Source of the DNA: Dehalococcoidia bacterium
Lineage (GTDB): Bacteria > Chloroflexota > Dehalococcoidia > UBA6926
DNA: 35,977 bases
Direction: 5' to 3'
Assembly (NCBI GenBank): GCA_034420915.1
Contig: DAOUKW010000157.1
Coordinates: 1-35,977, forward strand
The position numbers were made by a program, and so were the translations under genes. Of this stretch, positions 21,990 to 30,831 are shown in pieces. Every line of letters begins with the position of its first letter. The first letter of the stretch is position 1. The notes below the pieces were generated by a model, which was not told where the DNA came from, did no database searches, and saw nothing but the letters and a program-made list of their open reading frames with translations.

Positions 21990-22604
21990 ATGAGTCCTCG
22001 CTCAGTACCCATTCTTGGCGTTATTGCGGCCTTCGCTGTACTCACTCTTGGGGCGTGCAGCTCCTTTGGCGCTTCAACATCTGTGCCGTCACCCGATTCC
22101 CCGCGTCCGGATATTCGTGTTCTCCCGCCGACAGTCACTGCGGCGCCTTCTGCAACTCCGCCACTCACCGCAACTCCCATACCGTCACCGCTTGAGCAAG
22201 GATTTCTGGCCATTCAAGACGTGGAGGACACGGCATCGGTCCGGGAGATGTCACTCAGAGGTCACGTCTTTGTACTGGAAATCGCAGTCACGCCCGCTGA
22301 ACGGGCGCGCGGCCTGATGCATCGTGAAAGCCTCGCCGAAAACGCGGGAATGCTCTTCGTTTTCTCCGCAGAGCGAACGCTCAACTTCTGGATGAAAAAC
22401 ACCCTGATTCCGCTGGACATCCTCTATATGGATTCTGACGGGATAGTCGTAGATATCCAGACGATGCACCCCCAACCGGGTGTGCCGGATTCTGAACTGA
22501 GGAATTATCCGAGCGCCGCGCCGGCGCAGTACGCGCTGGAGATTAACGCCGGCCTTGCGGAGTCGCTTGGCTTCGAGGTGGGGAACCGGGCCTACTTCCG
22601 CTGA
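21990..22604 (+). CDS. DUF192-domain protein, lipoprotein/secreted
   Basis: Signal and lipobox AVLTLGAC. DUF192 pattern ARGLMHRESL...GMLFVF...FWMKNTLIPLDILYMD. Confidence 0.8.
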   Translation: MSPRSVPILGVIAAFAVLTLGACSSFGASTSVPSPDSPRPDIRVLPPTVTAAPSATPPLTATPIPSPLEQGFLAIQDVEDTASVREMSLRGHVFVLEIAVTPAERARGLMHRESLAENAGMLFVFSAERTLNFWMKNTLIPLDILYMDSDGIVVDIQTMHPQPGVPDSELRNYPSAAPAQYALEINAGLAESLGFEVGNRAYFR

Positions 22605-22624
22605 CTGATTGCGGGTGTGCAGGA

Positions 22625-23278
22625 TCAACCGGTGGCGTTGCCGCTCCGTTCGCCCCGGCCTTGCGCGAACTTGGCGGCTTCCCGTGCCAGGGCGGCGATC
22701 CCCGTTGTTGGCACTATAATCGTGCGTGGCCCTGTGTAGAGATTCGTCACGCGGTGCTGCGCGGGAGTGCCGGCCCAGATCAGGATCACGTCGCCCCATT
22801 TCAGATCGCTTGCGGCATCCCGCTGATTGGCATTGCCGAGCCCGTTGACGAATCGCCACTCAACTGATCGAGGCGTAATCTGACGTATTCGCGCCCACTT
22901 TGGATTGGTGCCGCCGACGACAACTGCGCGAGAGAGTCCGGCTCCGCTCATCGCTGCGGCCATTTCATTCAAGGCACGCCGATCAGTAGAGCCGCCGCAT
23001 ACCTCGCAGGCGTCCCGCTCCACCAGGATAAGCACGCGGGGTTCAGAGACTTGTCTCTCCTGCTCATGCAGGTTCTCCCGACACATAGCGTTAGAGCAAT
23101 GGAACGCGAGTTTGGCTTCAAGGGATTCCTCTGCGGCAGGCTCCTTGTGGACGGCCATGTTCGTCCTTCCGGCACGTGTGAACCCTGCATCCTCCAGGAC
23201 GGCGCGCGCAACGGCTTGCTGCTCAGTGCCGGAGATGCCAAGTGAGTTCAGAAAGACCGTTATGGGTCGATTCTTCAT
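22625..23278 (-). CDS. hypothetical Cys4 protein with a possible DUF2325-like C-terminal domain
   Basis: 217 aa. Cys pairs CSNAMC and CEVCGG. The C-terminal pattern VVVGG...GDVILIW...H...IIVP resembles DUF2325; this assignment is tentative. Confidence 0.55.
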   Translation of the reverse strand: MKNRPITVFLNSLGISGTEQQAVARAVLEDAGFTRAGRTNMAVHKEPAAEESLEAKLAFHCSNAMCRENLHEQERQVSEPRVLILVERDACEVCGGSTDRRALNEMAAAMSGAGLSRAVVVGGTNPKWARIRQITPRSVEWRFVNGLGNANQRDAASDLKWGDVILIWAGTPAQHRVTNLYTGPRTIIVPTTGIAALAREAAKFAQGRGERSGNATG

Positions 23279-23373
23279 GCATCCATTATCAAGGATGCCG
23301 CAAGAATGTCAGGGGTAGCGGATGGCGCAGAGAAGGTGCGTTATGGCTATAGTGGAAGAGGCGAAGGTGCCAC

Positions 23374-23449
23374 GCCCCCATCGTCTAGTGGCCTAGGACT
23401 GCGGCCCTTCAAGCCGCCGACAGGGGTTCGAGTCCCCTTGGGGGCACCA
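23374..23449 (+). tRNA. tRNA-Glu (anticodon TTC), CCA encoded; anticodon loop reads CCTTCAA
   Basis: GCCCCCA TC GTC TAGTGGCCTAG GAC T GCGGC CCTTCAA GCCGC CGAC AGGGG TTCGAGT CCCCT TGGGGGC A CCA. Architecture parallels E. coli tRNA-Glu (3-bp D stem, 4-nt variable loop). Confidence 0.88.
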
Positions 23450-23463
23450 ACGCGTACAGTGCC

Positions 23464-23715
23464 TCAGTTCGGATAATCCGCCAGGCCGGGGCCCTCTTCC
23501 ATGTCCGCGACCATGTCCGCCGTCGTGACGGCTTTGGCCCATTCAAGCAGCCCAATCTGTTCATAGCCGTTCAGGCCGCGGGATTCCATGCTCATCACAG
23601 GCTCGTGCGTGGGATCCTCGTGTTCGCACAGCATCTTTCGGATGAGCACGAAGCCCATGAGATCCTGATCCAAGATTGTTCCGTGTTCTTTCGTCGAAAT
23701 CGTAATGCGATACAT
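23464..23715 (-). CDS. hypothetical protein (83 aa)
   Basis: ORF only. No recognisable motif. It sits between tRNA-Glu and the PHP operon. Confidence 0.4.
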   Translation of the reverse strand: MYRITISTKEHGTILDQDLMGFVLIRKMLCEHEDPTHEPVMSMESRGLNGYEQIGLLEWAKAVTTADMVADMEEGPGLADYPN

Positions 23716-23909
23716 CCCGAGCCTCCCGCGAGAGTGCCTCTGTTACGTACAGCCTACCTGATTCGTCTACCTTGCGCCCCACTGTTGCCATGCTGCCTGG
23801 AAAACCGAATCCTGCCCCGAGTCAGAGGATCGCCCCCACTTGAAATGAGACCTTCCCGTTCGCCTACGGTCACGGCGTTCCTGTAGAATGCAAGGGCTGA
23901 AATCTCATC

Positions 23910-24611
23910 ATGAAATTGGATCTCCACGTACACACAAACTTTGGCTCATCCGACAGCGGCCTCTCGCCTCAGGACCTTGTGACGGCCGCCAAGGCCGTCG
24001 GACTCGACGGTGTGTGCGTTACCGAGCACGGCACCGTCTGGGATAGCTATCAGCTTGAGCGATTCTCCGCTGAGCATGACTTTCTCGTGATTCCCGGCAT
24101 GGAAGTCGCAACGGATTTGGGACATATCACCTGCTTCGGCCTGACGGGATATTCGTCCGGCATTCACCGCGCCGAGATTCTGAGACGAGTCGTGCAGGCG
24201 TCGGACGGTATCATGATCGCCGCACACCCTTTCCGGCGCCTGTTTGATGATCCACGCATCAACGGTTGGCCGAAGATGTACACCGTTGAGGAGGCGGCCG
24301 ATCTCCCCATCTTCAAGCTGACTGATGAGATGGAGGTCGTGAACGGCGCGAATAACGCGCAGGAGAACCTCTTTGCCCTGCAGGTCGCCCGAGAGCTCGG
24401 GCTTACGGGCGTCGGCGGCGGGGACGCTCATTCCACGTCCGGCATCGGCTCCGGAGCCATCGTGACAGAACGGCACATCTCCAACGTGGAGGAGTTCATT
24501 GAGGAAATCAGGGAGGGCCGCTACTACCCCACCGGCGCGCTGCTCAAGGGCAGCGACATTTCCTATTGGGACGAGCGAGCCGCCGACCTTTCTGCAGTAG
24601 GCGTACGATGA
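23910..24611 (+). CDS. PHP-domain metal-dependent phosphoesterase
   Basis: DLHVHTNFGSSD, VCVTEHG, IAAHPFR and GGGDAHS are PHP metal-ligand motifs. The stop overlaps the DinG start (ATGA). Confidence 0.85.
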   Translation: MKLDLHVHTNFGSSDSGLSPQDLVTAAKAVGLDGVCVTEHGTVWDSYQLERFSAEHDFLVIPGMEVATDLGHITCFGLTGYSSGIHRAEILRRVVQASDGIMIAAHPFRRLFDDPRINGWPKMYTVEEAADLPIFKLTDEMEVVNGANNAQENLFALQVARELGLTGVGGGDAHSTSGIGSGAIVTERHISNVEEFIEEIREGRYYPTGALLKGSDISYWDERAADLSAVGVR

Positions 24612-27445
24612 CGGCCGCAAGTGTGTCGGACACCGCACCGTTTCCGCTGGCGTTCGTCTCGCTTGACCTGGAAACCACGGGACTGAACGCGGAGAGCGAT
24701 CGCATCATTGAGGTCGGCGCGGTCAAACTTGAGCACGGCCGGATCGTCGACAGCTTCCAACGGCTCGTCAATCCGGGTCATGCGCTCCCTGATTTCGTTT
24801 CCGTGTTGACGGGCATCACGGATGCTGATCTTGTTGGCGCGCCCCCGTTCACCGAGATTGCAGACGAGCTTGCCACATTCATCGGCGACCTGCCGATGGT
24901 GGGGCAGAACTATCAGTTCGACCTTGGGTTCCTGAACGCGAACGGTGTCATGCCGATTGGGCCCGTGTTCGATACTTTGGACCTCTCACGAATCCTGCGG
25001 CCCTCAGCTAGCAGCCACTCACTTGGATGGCTCATTGAAGAGTTGGGAATCGTCAATGACAGCCCGCACAGGGCGCTTGCAGATGCAGAGGCAACTGCGC
25101 AGGTCTTCCTCTCCTTCTGGGACATGATTCTTGCCCTTGACCCGGCCACGCTGGCGATGATCCGTTCGCTCTCCAACCGTGCGCCGGGTGACTGGAGAGC
25201 AGGTCCGGTCTTTGAGTTGGCTGCGCAACAGCGGGGAATTGCCGCCGACGGGCCTGAACGGGTGATCCAACGGCTGACCGAAAGACTCGGCAAGCCGAGC
25301 GTTGAATCCGAGGCGCGCCAGCGCAAACTGCCAACAACCCAGGATGGGAAGGCAGCCATTGGGGCGGCGTTTGCAACCGATGGCGGACTCGCCCGAGTGC
25401 TTGGAGACTCGTATGAACCACGCACGCAACAACGTGAGATGGCGCAGGCGGTGGCGGAAGTCCAGGAAACGGACCGGACACTCCTCTTGGAGGCTCCGCC
25501 CGGGACGGGCAAATCGCTCGGCTATCTGATTCCGGCCATCTGGCGCGCGGAGGCCGCTGAAGAACAGGTCGTCGTCGCCACATCCACGCGCGGCTTGCAG
25601 GAACAGCTCGCCACCAGGGATGTTCCAATCGCTCTGCAAGCGCTCGGTCTGACACCGGACGAGGTCCGTGTGGCCGTGCTCAAGGGCAGGGGCAACTATC
25701 TGTGCATATCGCGGCTGCTCTCACGGCTTGGCAGCCTTGAGGTGACTCCCGGCGAGGCTGCGTTTTTTGCCCGTTTGATGGTCTGGCTGGAATCGACCGA
25801 AAGCGGTGACTTGGGCGAACTGCCGATGGGTGAACAGGAGGCGGCGCGTTGGTCGACCCTGTCCGCGAGATCGGAAGAGGGACATGGCAACTGCGCCTAT
25901 GAGCGAGAGGGACTGTGTTTCATTGGTCGGGCGCGAAGGGCCGCCCAGGCCGCCCACCTTGTCATCACCAATCATGCGCTCCTGCTGGCAGACTCATCCT
26001 CCGGCGGCAACGTCTTGGGTGAGATTCCCCACGTGATCCTCGATGAGGCCCACAATCTTGAACGTGAAGCCACCGACCACTACGGTCGTAGCATCTCGCA
26101 TAGCGAGGTTAATGAGTTGCTCAACTCGCTTGGGGCAGATTCAGAAGAAGGCCGGCCACGGATTGTGACGGCGGCGATAGGCTCATCGAATTCATCCGCC
26201 GCAACGGCCCAGGCGATGGAGGCCGCGGGTATTGAGGTTGCCGCGGCAGCTCGCAGCACGGCTACCCAGGCGAGCCGGTTCTTCAGCGCCATTGGAGCCA
26301 TCGCCGCCGGGTCGCGCTCTGATCGGGGCGGTGATTCCCAGGTACGTCTGATTCAGCGCGTCCGGGAAACGGATGAATGGCGTGAGGCCGCGAAGGCATG
26401 GGAAGACCTGGACGCAACGCTTGCCGGAGTCGTCGATTTGGTCGATTCACGGCTGAGGTCGGCGGCGCAAACCCAGCAGGGTCGGCAAGGCCCGTCCGCC
26501 GACGTGGACGACGTTGTGAGGCGCATCGCAGACCTTCGAGCACGATTGATGAACGTGATGAGAGCTGTAAATCCGGATGACGACATCACGTGGCTTGAAA
26601 CTCCGCGTGATCAACGGGGAAGCATCTCATTGCACTGGGCGCCGATGTCCGTTGCGCCGCACCTCGCAAGCGGTCCTTTCGCCGACCGCAAGTCGGTTGT
26701 CCTCTCCAGCGCGACGCTAACGACGGATGATTCCTTTGGATTCATCACTGACCGATTGGGACTTGAGGAACCGGAAACGCTGCAGGTGAGACTCACCTTG
26801 GGGCCGGAGGACGCGGCGGCGGCAATGGTTCCTGCAGACGTGCCGGATCCGAACAACAACGCCTATGGCAAGGCCATTCAGCAGGCCATTGTCGATATTG
26901 CCACGGCAACCGGTGGCGGTGTGCTCGCGTTATTCACCTCGCACGCCTCGTTGCGTCAGACGTACACCAGGGTGAGTTCCGATCTACGAGAGCGCGGCAT
27001 CAACGTCCTGGGGCAAGGGATTGATGGCGCGCCGGACCGGCTGGCGGAAATCGCTCGACTCCGCACGGGCATCGTGATCCTCGGTGCGGCGGCGTTCTGG
27101 GAAGGCGTCGATTTGCCGGGTGACGCCCTGAAAGCGCTCATCGTCACCCGCCTCCCGTTTGACGTGCCGTCCGACCCGATAATCGCGGCGCGCGGCGAGA
27201 CATATGAGAATGCCTTCAGCGATTTCCAGATTCCGCGGTCGCTCCTCCGTTTCAAGCAGGGTGTGGGGCGGCTGCTTCGGAGTACGAAAGATCAGGGAGT
27301 GATTGTCATTCTGGATTCACGGGTGTTGAATCGCGCGTACGGAGCGGCGTTTATCGACGCGCTCCCCACCTCCAATGTGCAGACGCCGGCGCTTGATCGG
27401 CTGGGCGATGAGGTACGGAACTGGTTCAGCGGCGATGACGAGTGA
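24608..27445 (+). CDS. dinG: DinG-family ATP-dependent helicase with an N-terminal DnaQ-like 3'-5' exonuclease domain
   Basis: Exo I motif FVSLDLETTGL and HRALADAEAT. Walker A APPGTGKS, DEAH box ILDEAHNLE and conserved Cys cluster region. ATG 24608 within ORF 24566..27445. Confidence 0.88.
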   Translation: MTAASVSDTAPFPLAFVSLDLETTGLNAESDRIIEVGAVKLEHGRIVDSFQRLVNPGHALPDFVSVLTGITDADLVGAPPFTEIADELATFIGDLPMVGQNYQFDLGFLNANGVMPIGPVFDTLDLSRILRPSASSHSLGWLIEELGIVNDSPHRALADAEATAQVFLSFWDMILALDPATLAMIRSLSNRAPGDWRAGPVFELAAQQRGIAADGPERVIQRLTERLGKPSVESEARQRKLPTTQDGKAAIGAAFATDGGLARVLGDSYEPRTQQREMAQAVAEVQETDRTLLLEAPPGTGKSLGYLIPAIWRAEAAEEQVVVATSTRGLQEQLATRDVPIALQALGLTPDEVRVAVLKGRGNYLCISRLLSRLGSLEVTPGEAAFFARLMVWLESTESGDLGELPMGEQEAARWSTLSARSEEGHGNCAYEREGLCFIGRARRAAQAAHLVITNHALLLADSSSGGNVLGEIPHVILDEAHNLEREATDHYGRSISHSEVNELLNSLGADSEEGRPRIVTAAIGSSNSSAATAQAMEAAGIEVAAAARSTATQASRFFSAIGAIAAGSRSDRGGDSQVRLIQRVRETDEWREAAKAWEDLDATLAGVVDLVDSRLRSAAQTQQGRQGPSADVDDVVRRIADLRARLMNVMRAVNPDDDITWLETPRDQRGSISLHWAPMSVAPHLASGPFADRKSVVLSSATLTTDDSFGFITDRLGLEEPETLQVRLTLGPEDAAAAMVPADVPDPNNNAYGKAIQQAIVDIATATGGGVLALFTSHASLRQTYTRVSSDLRERGINVLGQGIDGAPDRLAEIARLRTGIVILGAAAFWEGVDLPGDALKALIVTRLPFDVPSDPIIAARGETYENAFSDFQIPRSLLRFKQGVGRLLRSTKDQGVIVILDSRVLNRAYGAAFIDALPTSNVQTPALDRLGDEVRNWFSGDDE

Positions 27446-28412
27446 CAGGGTACGGACAGAGGCGGCCCGCATTGAATTAACCTCTTCGCTTGACCTCCCG
27501 GCGTCACTGGATGAAGGGCAGGCCTTTGGCTGGACGGCGCCCGATGGCGAGGCCGACGGCTGGTGGATCGGAACCGTCTATGGCCACGCAGTGCGTATCC
27601 GGCACCTGGATGCAAAGGCTGACAATCTCGGAGTTCTTGAGGTTTCTGCGCACAACCCCGATCTGCCAGATGACGCTTCTGTGGAAATGGTGACTCGCTA
27701 CCTGCGTCTTGATGACGATCACTCACGGATCAGGAATGCGCTGTCCGAAGATTCTGTGCTCACGGAAATCATGGGGCGCTGGCCCGGCTTGACGTTATTG
27801 CGTCAAGAGCCATGGGAGTGCCTGGCGAGTTTCATCATCAGCGCGCAATGCCACCTGCCACGCATTAAGAGGAATATGCAGAACCTGGCTGAGGCGTGCG
27901 GGGTCAGCGGTACGGCGTGGGGAGAGAAAGTGTATCGCGTTCCTGAACCTGCAGCGGTGACGCGCTTGGGAGAATCGGAACTCCGCCGCATTGGGCTGGG
28001 GTTTCGCGCACCGTTTCTCGCTTCGGCCGCCATCCGCATTGCGGAGGGCGACGTTGAACTCGACGAATTGCGAACGCTGCCGTATGAAGACGCCAAAAAC
28101 GTGCTGTTGACTTTCAAGGGCATTGGGCCGAAGATCGCCGACTGCATCCTCGCGTTTTCGCTGGATCATACGGAGGCGTTTGCAGTGGATCGATGGGTGA
28201 GCCGAGCCGTGACGCGCCTGTACCTGGCTGGGGAAAAGACTCCGGAGGACAAGATCGCGGCGTGGGGGCGGGAGCGTTTCGGCCGTTACGCGGCCCATGC
28301 TCAACAACTGCTGTTTCAGGAGGAGCGCGAGGTGGCCATGCGGGAGCGCTCTCTGCCGGGGAGCGTCATGATCCGTCAGCGGCGGCAGAATCGCGCCCCA
28401 TCCATTGCTTGA
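27435..28412 (+). CDS. 8-oxoguanine DNA glycosylase/AP lyase (OGG1-type, HhH-GPD)
   Basis: HhH-GPD motif FKGIGPKIADCILAFSLDHTEAFAVDRWV, with Lys and Asp at OGG1-equivalent positions. ATG 27435 overlaps the dinG 3' end by 11 nt. The ORF opens at 27375. Confidence 0.78.
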   Translation: MTSDRVRTEAARIELTSSLDLPASLDEGQAFGWTAPDGEADGWWIGTVYGHAVRIRHLDAKADNLGVLEVSAHNPDLPDDASVEMVTRYLRLDDDHSRIRNALSEDSVLTEIMGRWPGLTLLRQEPWECLASFIISAQCHLPRIKRNMQNLAEACGVSGTAWGEKVYRVPEPAAVTRLGESELRRIGLGFRAPFLASAAIRIAEGDVELDELRTLPYEDAKNVLLTFKGIGPKIADCILAFSLDHTEAFAVDRWVSRAVTRLYLAGEKTPEDKIAAWGRERFGRYAAHAQQLLFQEEREVAMRERSLPGSVMIRQRRQNRAPSIA

Positions 28413-29643
28413 CCAATTGCACCTCGCCATCTCGGTTCAAGACCAGGTTGTCGAGACGGGCCTTTCGCAGCTGGTCAAGGAACTTTCCGACGAGGGGGCC
28501 CTGACGCAGGCCCATCTCAAGCAGGTCGTTCCCGTTCAACTCAGGCTGGACATGTCTCCATGTACCGAGATATAAGGCGATTGCACGGGCCTCAGTGGCG
28601 TCTCCGGTGAGATACAGGGCCTCAAGGGCCGCCGGCTCAAACTGGGAAAGGACTTCCGCAAAGTGGCTTGGACGGCCTATTTCTGAGGCCTCACGAAATG
28701 CCGCCGATCCGCTCGTCTTCCAAAAGCGGATGTCGTCGACCGCCCGACGAGAGCTGCCTGCGAGATGGAAGGTATCGATGAGTGTCTCGTACTCCGTGCC
28801 CACGGTCGTGGCTACTAGAGCCCAATGCACGTCGGTATCGTCGGCATCATCAGGTCTGGCGGCCGCCTCCCGGTCCGACATTGAGAAACTGTATAGTCCG
28901 TTCACCCAATCGGATGCCGTGGGCAGGTGATCCAAAACCCCCCAGGACTGAAGCATATAGAGTCCTTCCACGGGCTTCTTTTCTCGCCAGAGTCGGTTGA
29001 ATTCGTTGCGCAGGCGGTCCGGGCCCACCGTGCCGATATGGGAGGCATCGCTCTTTATCCATGCCTCCGTTTCCGCGTGCATTTTGAATTGGAGCCGGGA
29101 GGCGTAGCGCGCAGCGCGAATCATTCGGGTGGCGTCATCCCGGAACGACCCTGCATGCAGCGCGCGGAGCACTCCTGCCTGTACATCGTTGACTCCACGG
29201 TGAGGATCAGTCACACGCCCGAAATCCATCGAACCGATGGAGACGGCGATCGCGTTTGCTGCAAAGTCGCGGCGCCCCAGATCCGTCTCGATATCTGATG
29301 GCGCAATATCGGGCAGCGCGCCGGGCGACGCGTATGTTTCGCTGCGGGCCGTGGCGATATCTATCTCGCGCGTGCCAACAGTCAGCTTGACTGTCATGAA
29401 TTGTGAGGCGGTGGTCCTCAGGGCTAGCCGAAACTGAACGGCTCTCTGCGCCAGTTCATCAGCGCTACCCTGGACAACGAGGTCAACCTCAACGGGATTC
29501 CGCCCCAGCAGAATGTCCCGCACCGCCCCCCCGACGATGAAGAGCGTGCCCTGTTCCGCAATGTCGCCGAGCCTTCGGCACGTTTCCAGCAGCTCCGGCT
29601 CCAGCCGCTGCCCCAATTCAAGCGCAATGCTATTGGACATCAT
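28366..29643 (-). CDS. tRNA nucleotidyltransferase (CCA-adding) / poly(A) polymerase family protein
   Basis: Head-domain motifs FIVGGAVRDILLG, DLVV and RRDFAANAIA. Its 3' end overlaps the OGG gene 3' end by 47 nt (convergent). Confidence 0.82.
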   Translation of the reverse strand: MMSNSIALELGQRLEPELLETCRRLGDIAEQGTLFIVGGAVRDILLGRNPVEVDLVVQGSADELAQRAVQFRLALRTTASQFMTVKLTVGTREIDIATARSETYASPGALPDIAPSDIETDLGRRDFAANAIAVSIGSMDFGRVTDPHRGVNDVQAGVLRALHAGSFRDDATRMIRAARYASRLQFKMHAETEAWIKSDASHIGTVGPDRLRNEFNRLWREKKPVEGLYMLQSWGVLDHLPTASDWVNGLYSFSMSDREAAARPDDADDTDVHWALVATTVGTEYETLIDTFHLAGSSRRAVDDIRFWKTSGSAAFREASEIGRPSHFAEVLSQFEPAALEALYLTGDATEARAIALYLGTWRHVQPELNGNDLLEMGLRQGPLVGKFLDQLRKARLDNLVLNRDGEVQLVKQWMGRDSAAADGS

Positions 29644-29680
29644 GGTGTCTCTATCATCGCATGACCAGGAATGGAGCGCT

Positions 29681-29708
29681 TTGACTCACCGAGGCGGGAC
29701 TGTAGAAT
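29681..29708 (+). promoter_or_regulatory. sigma70-like promoter for the redoxin genes
   Basis: TTGACT (29681..29686), 16-nt spacer, TAGAAT (29703..29708), about 50 nt upstream of the GTG at 29760. Confidence 0.5.
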
Positions 29709-29759
29709 CATAAAGAGAATCAATGCTCGTGATTCTGCGAGGTTGGATGGAGGTTTTCT

Positions 29760-29999
29760 GTGGCAACACAAGTTGGAACAAAGCCAATTGTCTACACTCT
29801 GACGACGTGCCCGGCGTGCGTCGTGATGAAAGAGGATTGGACGAAACAGGGCATCGAGTTTGAAGAGCGTCAGGTCGACGAGAATCAGGCGTGGCTCGAT
29901 GAGGCGCGGATCTATGGCGACGTCGTCCCTATTGTCGTTTACCCGGATGGAAAGGTCACCATGGGTTACAAGGACATGATCAGTTGTAACATAGGATAA
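29760..29999 (+). CDS. glutaredoxin/NrdH-like small redoxin
   Basis: 79 aa. Active site TTCPACV at the end of beta-1. GTG start 7 nt after GGATGGAGG. Confidence 0.8.
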   Translation: MATQVGTKPIVYTLTTCPACVVMKEDWTKQGIEFEERQVDENQAWLDEARIYGDVVPIVVYPDGKVTMGYKDMISCNIG

Positions 30000-30055
30000 A
30001 TACCCGGGACTCGCTCTGAGAGGAACCGGTATTGAGAGCATTGGGGGAATAGAAA

Positions 30056-30637
30056 ATGGCTGAGAAGACGACGGTTGTCACTCCTGAACGATTTGGTTCA
30101 GGTTCCACATATGACGACTACATTGAGCAGATCAAGGTCAACAAAGACAGGTTTGAACAGTACTACAACAGTGCCCAGCTCTCGGAAGATGATGTGGCAT
30201 TTTTCCGCCGGGCGAAGGATGCCGGGGCGACCAAGATGCTGATCATTGGAGAGGACTGGTGCCCTGACGTGTTCCGCGGGATGCCGGTTCTCGCAAAGAT
30301 CGCCGAGGCGGCGGGCATGGACGTCAGCGTCTTCCCCCGAGACGAGAACCTCGACATCATGAACGAGTTCCTCAAGAACGGCGAATTCATGTCCATCCCC
30401 GTGCCTGTGTTCTATACGGACGATCTCGAAGAGATTGCGCATTGGCACGAGCGCCCCGAATCCGCCGATGAAGAAATGCCCAAGATTACTGAAGACGTGA
30501 AGGCTGAGATTGGGGATGAGGACGAGCAGGAATTCCGCCGCACAGTGCGTGAGCGGATGCAGGCCCGTTATCCCGCATGGCAGGTGGAGACTGTCAGGGA
30601 GCTGCGAGAGTTGCTCGCGGAGAAGCTGTCCCTCTAA
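30056..30637 (+). CDS. thioredoxin-fold family protein (single-Cys WCPD motif)
   Basis: 193 aa. MLIIGEDWCPDVFRGMPVLAKI resembles the thioredoxin_9-type fold. This is a tentative family call. Confidence 0.65.
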   Translation: MAEKTTVVTPERFGSGSTYDDYIEQIKVNKDRFEQYYNSAQLSEDDVAFFRRAKDAGATKMLIIGEDWCPDVFRGMPVLAKIAEAAGMDVSVFPRDENLDIMNEFLKNGEFMSIPVPVFYTDDLEEIAHWHERPESADEEMPKITEDVKAEIGDEDEQEFRRTVRERMQARYPAWQVETVRELRELLAEKLSL

Positions 30638-30831
30638 TTCGCTTGGTTCTGATAGCGAAGAGGACAGGGCACAAGCCCCGTTCGTTCTATTAGTTCCGCT
30701 GCTAACGTTCACGGGCGTGACAGCGTTCGAGTATACAGTGTGTTGTAGCGGCACGGCGGAGGCCCATGTTTGGTAACACCCGCCCCGGCGGTCATTCACC
30801 CCTCCCCCGGGGCAATTGAGGTGTGTGGCGG

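Noticed and set aside
21706-22213. ORFs 21706..21993 and 21920..22213
   Set aside because: The first runs through tRNA-Thr. The second is antisense to the DUF192 gene start. There are no coding signals.
22251-25655. Long antisense ORFs 22251..22859, 23946..24638, 24913..25512, 25019..25639 and 25053..25655
   Set aside because: They are opposite the DUF192, PHP and DinG genes, which have clear motifs. They have no motifs of their own and a biased composition typical of shadow ORFs.
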